A DNA stretch of 64,000 bases. Origin: Trichosphaerium sp. ATCC 40318. Taxonomy: Eukaryota > Protista > Tubulinea. The stretch spans positions 186,001-250,000 of the forward strand of contig JALMLS010000448.1 of assembly GCA_038496445.1 (NCBI GenBank). The letters run 5' to 3'. The position numbers and the translations under genes are program-made. The first letter of the stretch is position 1, and every line of letters begins with the position of its first letter. Below the pieces are notes generated by a model. That model worked only from the letters and a program-made list of their open reading frames with translations, was not told where the DNA came from and did no database searches. Positions 23,801-33,078 of this stretch are shown here, piece by piece.

Positions 23801-26047
23801 ACGTTGTATTCGTTGCCAATAGTGCTAGGTATTGCAGTGTTTACATTACCTCCTCTCACAACAGTTGGCCTATTTACTCCATAGCCACTAGCACTTGGTC
23901 TTGCTACGTAATCAGTGCTGATATTGGTACTTTGTCTGACACTGCTAGTATTACTAGTAATCTCAGGTAGTGTACGCGTAGGTGGTCCATTACTTGGGAG
24001 AGTGCCATAGTCAGAGTCGGCCATTGGTGTTTGTACACGCTTATTTCTTAAAGGCGAAGAAACTCTTCCATTTGAGTGTGGATTGTAAGTATCTTCAATA
24101 GGTCTTTGAACATAACCTTCGTCGTTCATAGCTGAGGGTCTAGTAGTATAGCCTTCGTCGTTAGCTGCTGTATTGGCGTGGGGAGCATATCTTCCATGAG
24201 ATGGCGAGTAAGTAGCTTCAATAGGTCTTTGAACATAACCTTCGCTTTCCATGCCGGAGTGTGAATTGTAAGTAGCTTCGATAGGTCTTTGAACATAACC
24301 TTCGTCGTTCATAGCCGATGGTCTAGTTGTATAGGCTTCTCCACCAGCTGATGTATTGGCGTGAGAATTGTATCCTCCATGAGTCTGTCCTCCTAAGGCG
24401 TAGGGGTCAGTATATTCCTCGTCATCCCCTCCAAGATCGTAATTCGGCATTACTCCACTATCGTGAGGTAGGTTTCCGTAGTCGTCAGTAGTTTGAGCTT
24501 GGCTTGCATTGCCTCTGTAGGTATCAGTAGTAGGCCTATTAGTGTAATCTGGTCCAGATACTACGCTCTGTCCTGGAACATCAATATATTCGTCAAATTG
24601 TGTCCCGTTATTATTCACCTGATGTTGAGGCTTGTTATTGAAACTAGGTTGACCGTACGGTCTACCGACGTATTCTTGACCAGGGACACTATTATCATTT
24701 GCTTGGGCTTGAACGTTGCCTCCAACGGTTGCGCCATGAGGGAGTGAAGTATACGCATCTGCAGTAGGGTTTGGTTGCGGTCTAGACACAGATACTCGTG
24801 TATTATTCAATCGAGATTGATGTGGCGAATCAGGCGCATTGTGAACTCGCATGGGAGAGTTTTGGTGTCGTTGTTGATTAAGTAGAGCAGGAGCTGTATT
24901 CCCTCTTGGTACAAAAGATGAATCTAAAACAAAACGTGAGAAACAACCAAAAAACCAACCAAACTGATTTCATTGAAAAAAAGTGAAAAAAATTCTCTTG
25001 TCTCTTTGTTTTTTTTCCTTTAAACCCACAAAAAACCCTTGAGAGGATTTACTCTTCTTTTTACAATTTTCAGTGGGTAATAACAATCAAAAAGTTTTAG
25101 GAGTAAATTTTTTTTGGTTTTCTTTCTTTGAAACAAATAAGTACGTACTTGATGTGCCTACGCGTGCACTACCACGTAAAGGCGATTTCGCGTTTGTAGA
25201 AAATGAGTCAGCAAGTCCAGTGCTATTTGCAATATTAACATTTTGTCTCATGTCTACGTTGCTCCTTGTTGATCTCATATTTGCTTGACCTGATCGCCCA
25301 GATGACGGTGCAGGTAGGTTATTATAATCGGATTCTTGTTCCACCCTAGCAGACGCCGAAATAGGAGAGTTGTATCTTTCCTGTGTACCAAAGTTTTGGT
25401 TTTGGTTTTGTGGTATTTGAGCGTTAATAGGTGATGGTAGTACGCCGTATTCGTTGCCAGGTTGTTGGTTTTGCGCTCGTGGTGGTTGTGCAGCGCTGTG
25501 ATGCGAAATTATATTGTTTCCAGTAGACACTGAAACGCTTCGAACGCCGTTACGGTTCACAGGCTTATTGACTTTTCTGTGAGGATTATAAGTACTGGCG
25601 CCTTGGTTTTGCGTGTAGCTTGTCGCTTCTTGAGCTACTTGAGTCGTTTTCGAATTGCTATTGTGCTGGGATCCACCTAGGCGTAAAAACGGTAAGTAAA
25701 AGGCGACTACGGTTGTTTTTCGTTTTATCAGAGACGAATAAATACGGTACGTACCTTTAACTTGCACAACTTTATTACGTGGAAACCACCCTTTCGCTAT
25801 TCGCCCATCAGTAGGCGCTGGCCAAAGTTGCCCAAAAAGCCAACCCTTTATTTCATTAGCCTGTCCACGCGAAACGTTATGTGACGTACCGCCTTTTCGC
25901 CGTGTACGTAAACAAACGACTTATTTTTTAAGGGGAGACAAGGGAAAGTAGCTCCAAGTGTACCGCGGTATTCTACAGTTGCTTGCCACCACGTCCCATA
26001 CATTGCACCTTTCTTTTGCTTTGGTTTTTGTTTTTGTTGTTGTACAT
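20880..26047 (-). CDS. Cytoplasmic tyrosine kinase(-like): SH3-like, Tyr-rich disordered region, PH domain, kinase; multi-exon
   Basis: SH3-like GWLFGQ...GWFPRNKV; PH KINLQGAV...FALHSAEDRDEWVK; kinase LGRGAFGVVYKG, VAIK, HCDIAARN, KIADFGMSR, IRWMSPE, SDTWSLG, CWQKEPRSR. Confidence 0.85.
24085..24370 (-). repeat. Imperfect coding tandem repeats within the kinase (EGYVQRPIE x3; YTTRPSAMND x2)
   Basis: On the + strand, ATAGGTCTTTGAACATAACCTTCG occurs three times, near 24098, 24221 and 24281. Confidence 0.85.
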
Positions 26048-26644
26048 TTTGGTGGTTCTGTGCTCGGCCTCCTGGTAGAGTGTCTTTTTGCGTGTAAATA
26101 AAACGCCTAGCTAAATACCAACCAAAAGCGTACCATAATCTGTTATTACGTTCATCATTGTACGGGGAGTTGGCAAAGGATTACAGCCAAACAACTATAC
26201 AATCAGTTGAATGAAATTACTAGAGTGATATACAACGTTTGTAACCCCTGGTGTTGTAATGTGTAGTGTTTTCGTGCTGTGTTAGTTTGTGAAGATAATT
26301 TGTTTGACGAACGACACAAAGCATTTCACAAGCTGAAATTTCCGGTTTCACTATATGCCTGATACGCTTATTTAGTATCGCTGTGATGATTTACGGAAAA
26401 TAGCCCTAACAGCACTTGTTGTTACAACTTCACAACGGCAGTACAACGCCTGGCAACTGGTAGTATAACACTCTCAAGTATATCTCGCTCATCACAAAAA
26501 GAGGTTTTGTTAGAATATGTTTAAACACTTCACATTGGGTAACTGTTCTTGACAACGCTCATTACAACAGTAATGCGACTTCAACCATAATTGGAGTTAA
26601 GTTAGTTAGTGAAAATTGTTCAGATAGCGTTAGGGGTGCAACAA

Positions 26645-28191
26645 ATGGGTAGTAGCCCTTCCAAGGGTATAAAAAGGTTGCAACCCTTTATTATAGTGCA
26701 GTACCCTCAACTAGAGAGCTTGCATGATAGTATGCTCATCACTGGTGCGTTTGTATAACGGTTAAACTTGATATCAACGTTGATACGGTGATGTACTGTT
26801 TTACTCATTATTAGATGCTACTAAACCCGATAACCCGATCATATTTGTAAGTGGTGCGCGTGGTTCGGAGTGTTGCTCCCTTTTAGGCCAAACAACATGT
26901 CCAGAGAATGACGTATTCTATTTAGATGATTTCGAGCGCTTGACGCTGTATCCTAGAGAGGAGGTTGTTGGCAAAAACTGTAGATTCTTACAGGTACGCT
27001 AGTACAAAGAAATTGCAGACTTGAAAAATGAAACTTACTCAAAATAGGGTCGACACACAAGCAAAGAAAGTGTGACTATTATAAGACAAGCTATTTACAA
27101 TGGTGATAAAAAGGATGTTGTACGGTTCTGAGAACGCCCATCATCGACTCACTGACTCCTAGGTATTGTTGAATTATCGCAGGGATGGTGTACCTTTTTG
27201 GAACAACTTTACAATCCTACCTCTCCGTGCAGGTTCTTACACTTTATGTGAAATCTTTTCTGTAATGTTGCATAGATCCGGAAGATGAGCAAAGGGTAAC
27301 CCATTTTATTGGTATCCAAAGAGATATTACACCTATTGTGCAAGCAGATAAGGAAATGGTAAATTGGAGTCCAGTAGAAGTAGCTTTGTGGGTTGGTACG
27401 TGAGAGTTTTCGAACAAAAAAAAACTTGTTTTGCTTATAAATATGTTTTATAGAGCACCTTGACATGTGGCCTTATGCTGTTGCGTTTATAGATAATAAT
27501 GTCACAGGGAATAGATTGTTAGTGATGAGTACGTTTTTAAAAATAGTGCAATGCAATAACTTACACTAAAAAGCGTTCCAAACACTAATTGCTATGGGCT
27601 TGCCTGCGACAGTTGCAAAAGATCTCCTAGTAGTATGTTACTCACCTTCATATGTTTAATGAAGCCTAACAGGTTCCATAGGAGATTAAGAAAGTTACAC
27701 AAGATGGTACAGTATCGTCAAATGCTTTTGCACCACGGTTGCAGCGTAAGACTTATTTGTATTTTTTGAAGGAAATTAACAATTGATGCTTATTGCTTTG
27801 TTTTCGCATTAGATAGGTTTGTTGCAAAAGCACATTTTAGAAAGACAAAACGTATATTTTTTGTACTGGAACGTGATACCCTCGCAGTAATTATAAAGCG
27901 GTACGTCACACTTAGGTAGGTAGATTGGTAATTTAGTTTCTTTAGAATACGCACAGAATTCCCAGGAAAGTTCTCAACGTATAAACTGCGTTTGGTTAAA
28001 GCGCAGGGTGAAGGATATAAAACTATGACAGACTTTGAACTCTCAGAAGTAATGTACGACTGTTTTTTGGAACGAAAATTACCTTATTTGTAACCAGGAA
28101 AAAAATGACAGCCAAGTGCATGTTAACAATGTGTATAAGTGGAAAAGACCCAGTTTTTAATATATCTCTTGAAATAGACACATTTGATTGA
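26645..28191 (+). CDS. LOV photosensor - SAM - PB1-like protein (about 290 aa, many short exons)
   Basis: Spliced LOV: SMLITDATKPDNPIIFVSDDFERLTLYPREEVVGKNCRFLQGRHT...LLNYRRDGVPFWNNFTILPLR...FIGIQRDIT. SAM: WSPVEVALWVEHLDMWPYAVAFIDNNVTGNRLL. PB1-like: FVAKAHFRKTKRIFFV...YKLRLVKAQGE. Confidence 0.85.
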
Positions 28192-28443
28192 CATCTAGCT
28201 GCGAACAAAAACAAAAGGAGGCTAGTAAAGTAGTGCTAGCCAAAAACTATTTTTTCACTAATTCGAACTTGTATATTAAATGCTGCTAAAATGAATTGTA
28301 CAGTTGTTTTCAATGCTCGGAATTAGTGGAACAACGGACTTACGACAAAATATTAAATTTCACCTCTTTTGGCTTGTAGAACCTTCCAATTTCTCCACTC
28401 TGCGGGCAAATATATTCCACCATTTTACAATCAGTACTATCGA

Positions 28444-29971
28444 ATGACATCAACTCCTTCAGAAAAGAATACGAACATAACCGGAGCTTTTAAGCGTAAA
28501 GGTAATAGCTAATCATTTAAATTGTACTCTAACTCTTAAAAGCTGCGTCATTTCGTAATCACATCACTGCAGACGGCAGTTCTGGTTTTCCAGCTGAACC
28601 TGATCGCTATCACCTTTACATAGGTACTTACGCTTTTTATCAACCTCCTAACGCGTTCTAGCTCGTGCTTGTCCTTGGGTATGCTATTTTCGCATGTAGC
28701 GTTTAGAATTTGTTAACCCATAACTAGGCGCATAGAACTATGATGGTTAGAGCGTTAAAAGGTTTGTCAGTTAATTTTGTTGTCATGTCACGACAAACGC
28801 TAACAAAGCCTCCTTAGGTCTTGAAAAAATAATCACCGTGTCTATTGTTGAACCCTTTATGGGTAATAAGGGTTGGACATTCAATCCAAGCCTTCCTGAT
28901 TGCACAGATGACCCAGTTTTTAACGCTAAACACATCAGGCAAGACTTTTCCTTTTTAACTCTTTTTGTGACATTGTTTTTTAGTGAAATCTACTTTGCTG
29001 TTGATCCTGACTACTCTGGTCGTTATACAGTACCTCTTTTAGTAGATAAAAAAGTAAGCATTCTCACCAAACTGTTGTTTTCTTAACACCTCTTCGCTAA
29101 CATTTGAAACTAATGTAGCAAAAAACTATTGTAAACAATGAATCTTCAGAGATTATTAGAATGTTTACAACTGCTTTTGATAGCTTAGAAGGTATTCCAA
29201 AACTAGATCTATACCCAGAAGATTTGAGGGAGAAGATAGATGCTGTCAACGAGTGGGTATGAGTAAAGTCTAAATGTTGAATAACATGTTTTTTTAACTG
29301 AATGCAAATTAGGTTTATCCAGATATCAATAACGGAGTATACAAGTGTGGATTTGCTAGGTAAGTAGTTTTTTGGTCTCTCATGGGTATCAACGTTTTTT
29401 TTAGAAGCCAAGAAGCATACAATGCAGCTGTAACTGCACTATTTTCGGCCTTAGATAAAGGTGCCTTTATTGAGTTTAAAAATAGAGTAATGCCAACTAA
29501 CTTGTATTATAGCCGAAGAAATCCTCTCTAAACAACGCTATTTGACAGGAAATCAATTCACAGAAGCTGATCTTAGATTATGGGTAACATTGATTCGCTT
29601 TGATCCTGTGTACCAAGGTATAAACAATTCTTTTGATTGAATGTTATTTCTCATTTTGCTAATTGTTTTTGAATCATAGTCCACTTCAAGTGCAGTGCAA
29701 AGAAGATCACGCAGTACCCTAACATGTGGAACTTTGTCAAAGAGATATACCAAATGAAAGGTGTTGCTGATACATGGAACCTAAAAGCAACAAGAGATCA
29801 CTACTTCCAGAGGTACTGCCAAAAGAACTTTTTATTGTTTTTTTGATAAAGAAGCTAAGTATGTTCAATAGTCATACGTCTATCAATCCTTTTGGTATCG
29901 TAGCCGCTCTCCCGTCTGATTTTGATGTTGCATCTCCGCACGACAGGACAAAGTTCCCAGCAAAGTCATAA
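28444..29971 (+). CDS. Glutathionyl-hydroquinone reductase (YqjG/ECM4, GST Xi class), multi-exon
   Basis: FRNHITADGSSGFPAEPDRYHLY, ACPWAHR, YSGRYTVPLL, IVNNESSEIIRM, INNGVYKCGFA, TEADLRLWVTLIRFD, INPFGIV. Confidence 0.9.
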
Positions 29972-30187
29972 AGTGATTTTTGTTGTACAAATAAACAAAG
30001 CTTTATTCATTAGTGTTCAAGAGTTGTTTGTGCTCGTGAGGCATTCATTTTTTTCCAGTTCTTAGCCCAAACGGAATTTTACTCACACATTCTAAATGAA
30101 TTGAAGAAATCACTAACAGTTCTTCACAATGTGGTGAACGAAAATTTTTTACATGGTGTTGTTTGAATCTTAGAAGTTTATTTTTAT

Positions 30188-30412
30188 CTATGCTGCCATG
30201 AACGTATCATCAAATAGTGCTCTCTTTTCAGGGTCTGAAAGAATTGACCATGCGTACGAAATTGCTTCAAATTTACGCTGTGCTTGGGTTAGTTGTTCAG
30301 AATACAAATACCGTCTATGTAATCCTATTGCTTTGCGTTTATACGCTTTGCGTATTTCCCTACCAGTTGCGTCCTTGGATACTTCTAATATCGAGTATGG
30401 GTTATAGTCCAT
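30188..30412 (-). CDS. Stand-alone J-domain-like protein lacking HPD
   Basis: NPYSILEVSKDATGREIRKAYKRKA...KFEAISYAWSILSDPEKRALFD; the HPD position reads HRR. Confidence 0.7.
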   Translation of the reverse strand: MDYNPYSILEVSKDATGREIRKAYKRKAIGLHRRYLYSEQLTQAQRKFEAISYAWSILSDPEKRALFDDTFMAA

Positions 30413-30673
30413 AGAGTATTGTAGACGCTTGTTAAATAAACGAAATTATTGCGAGTTTTCCAGTTTTTTTCAGTTAGTTTTCTTTTGATATGTCTCAACA
30501 CAACTTACTAGCATCAGGATTTGAGATCCAATAATGTTGATAAAGAAAGAGGTAACTCAAGTTTTGAAAATAGACTATTGGATAGAACGTCGCATGAAAA
30601 CCAAACGTTTTTTGAAAAAAAATGCTTTGATTGTAGATACTTTTCCTCGGTACAGCATAAACAAATCACATGG

Positions 30674-30862
30674 CTATAAGTATAGAATCCTGGGTACATG
30701 TTCAAAATAGCCTTTGAAGTTTAAGATGGTTGTGAGGTGAGGTAATATCAAAATCAATAATGTAATTTCTTGAGCCTGTCTCCGCACAACCAACACGTTT
30801 GTACAGCTTGATTTACCCAAAAGCAATAGAACCAGATCCAATACTTCAGTTGGAAGCGTCAT
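30674..30862 (-). pseudogene. Short F-box-like ORF or gene fragment
   Basis: MTLPTEVLDLVLLLL resembles an F-box start (compare TLPTEMLLEVL in the neighbouring gene). The ORF ends after 62 aa. Confidence 0.3.
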
Positions 30863-30932
30863 ATAGTGCGTACAAACAATCTAATATTCTGGCTATCACA
30901 GAAAACATGAACGATTACGAGTAAAAGTCTTG

Positions 30933-30985
30933 AAGTTTCAGCGTAAAAAAAGTCGAGATCTCTGAACATTTTTACGCTGAAACTT
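30933..30985. repeat. Perfect 17-bp inverted repeat with 19-nt spacer
   Basis: AAGTTTCAGCGTAAAAA (30933-30949) and TTTTTACGCTGAAACTT (30969-30985). Confidence 0.9.
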
Positions 30986-31122
30986 TATAATAGTTGAAAT
31001 CCCTCCTTTACCCAAACTACAAAACGCCGAATAGAGTTTGTGCATTTCAATGAATGAATGACATGGCAACAAACTTCAAAATCTGTGGAATTTACGTGGA
31101 CACTATTCTAATTATAATAAAC

Positions 31123-32646
31123 ATGTCATTGTTCGCAACGCTACCCACCGAAATGCTATTAGAAGTTCTTAAAAACATTACAGACGTAAAACAAAGGAAT
31201 TTGGCTTCTCTGTGCTGTAAACAGTTCTGCAGTCTCATACGTGATTACATCGGTCTCGGAACAGTGTATGTGTACAAAGACAACATCAACCAAGTCGCAA
31301 AACACAAAAACCTGCTGAGAAACACCAAAATCATTGTAGGATATGACGTAGACCCAAATCTTGTAAAAGAACTGGCCGGAGCTAAAGCAATAAAGATTGG
31401 TTGTACAACTACGGATGAAACCCTTCAAGCATTAGCAGGCGTTGTAGATTTCGAAGCAGAGGATGGAGAAGATATCACCGACGCCGGATTAGCGTATTTG
31501 AAGGGTGTCAAGAAAATCGGATTGGCTTACCTTAAAAACACCACGAGTGCTGGCTTTAAGCACCTAGCAGGAGCTCAAGAAGTGTCGATATCGAACTCTG
31601 AAGTAGATGACGCTTCTTTATTGGTTTTCAAAGGAGTTAAAGTGCTATCGTTGTGGAACTTGGAGAAAATAACTGATGAAGCCTTCAAAACGTTTGCAGG
31701 TGTTGAGGAAGTACACATGAGATATATTGAGAAAGCGACCGATGAAGGCCTTAAGCATCTCGCTGGAGCTCGTATTCTTAATGTCAACCAAGAATCACAG
31801 TACACTGATGCTAGCATTGCTCTGTTCAAAGGCGCACATATTGTTAAACTAAGACACGTGGAGGTTACAGATTTGTCTCTTCACGCTCTCGCTGGTGTAG
31901 GGAAAATAAACCTGATGGGCAATGAAGTCATTACTGATGAGGGGTTAAAGTCTTTGGCAGGTGTAGAATGGATCAACCTCGAGGATTGCAAAAAAATAGG
32001 CGACGAAGGTGTCAAGGCTTTAGCTGGTGTTCGTAAGATCAAGCTTAGCGAATGTAAGCTTGTTACAGACATTGGGTTTAAAGCTCTAGCAGGTGCCGAG
32101 AAAGTGTATGCTGACAATACGAATATTGGCGATGAAGGCCTTAAAAGTCTGTCTGGAGTAAAGTTTATATCGCTTTATGAATGTAAGAATATCACAGATG
32201 AAGGCGTCAAAGCTCTCGCAGGTGTGGAAACGATTAATCTTCACGGATGCAACCAACTCACAGATGAAGGTGTTAAAGCACTTTCTGGTGCTAAACATGT
32301 TACTCTTTCTCACTGTAACCTAATTACAGATGAGAGTGCTTTTGCTCTTAAAGGCGTAGAGGTCATCAATGTTGACTACTGTGATAAACTGACTGATGAC
32401 GGTATTTCTTGTTTTGCTGGTGCCAAGGAAGTACGTTTTCAAGTATGCCCACTCATTACAAATAAGGGAGTTCTGTCGTTGCTTGGAGTGGAAGTATTTA
32501 ACTCTATGGCTTGTCCGTTAATTACAAATGAAGGTATTGAACCCTTCTTAGGTACTAACCTAAGGAAGGTGTATATATCTGTACCTCCTATTTCCGAAGA
32601 ACTTGCTTCAAGACTCTATAAAAGTGGTGTAAACACAAAGTACTAA
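31123..32646 (+). CDS. Intronless F-box + leucine-rich-repeat protein (about 22-aa repeats)
   Basis: F-box LPTEMLLEVLKNI...SLCCKQF, followed by many ITDEG(L/V)KALAGV-x-INL repeats in one uninterrupted ORF. The start is probably the Met at 31123. Confidence 0.85.
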   Translation: MSLFATLPTEMLLEVLKNITDVKQRNLASLCCKQFCSLIRDYIGLGTVYVYKDNINQVAKHKNLLRNTKIIVGYDVDPNLVKELAGAKAIKIGCTTTDETLQALAGVVDFEAEDGEDITDAGLAYLKGVKKIGLAYLKNTTSAGFKHLAGAQEVSISNSEVDDASLLVFKGVKVLSLWNLEKITDEAFKTFAGVEEVHMRYIEKATDEGLKHLAGARILNVNQESQYTDASIALFKGAHIVKLRHVEVTDLSLHALAGVGKINLMGNEVITDEGLKSLAGVEWINLEDCKKIGDEGVKALAGVRKIKLSECKLVTDIGFKALAGAEKVYADNTNIGDEGLKSLSGVKFISLYECKNITDEGVKALAGVETINLHGCNQLTDEGVKALSGAKHVTLSHCNLITDESAFALKGVEVINVDYCDKLTDDGISCFAGAKEVRFQVCPLITNKGVLSLLGVEVFNSMACPLITNEGIEPFLGTNLRKVYISVPPISEELASRLYKSGVNTKY

Positions 32647-33078
32647 AGTTGTACTTACCATCAATAAAGTAAATTGTTTACAAGTTCACTAATGCTTTAA
32701 TTATTTTTTATTGTTTTTTTCCCAGTAAGAGGATACTCCAAGTTGATCAGTCTGACTGTGTTTTTATCATAGACCGCGGAGGGAGATAGACTTACATTTT
32801 TGCCACTTTGTCTGACTTGATAATTGTCTGACAATAGCAGGGCAACCCTTTTCGGGCTTTTTCCAGAAATCACGTGTTACTTGTGGCTGAAGTTTTACGA
32901 GCTCTTTTTCTGCTGCGTGTAACAACGATTTCATGCCACTCATTTTCTTGTTAATATACATACTCTTTTTGCGTTGTAAGACGTGCGATGATAATTTATT
33001 GGCAATCAATGGTAAGCTTGCTACTAATTTTTTATTTGCGATACAGAGTGTTCAGTGACATCTAGATGTTCGTATTTC

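Noticed and set aside
27209-27466. Minus-strand ORFs in the LOV region (also 28023-28214)
   Set aside because: Spurious; the + strand spliced LOV-SAM-PB1 model explains the region.
32767-33009. 80-aa minus-strand ORF downstream of the helicase
   Set aside because: No domain or homology evidence; it may be 3' UTR.
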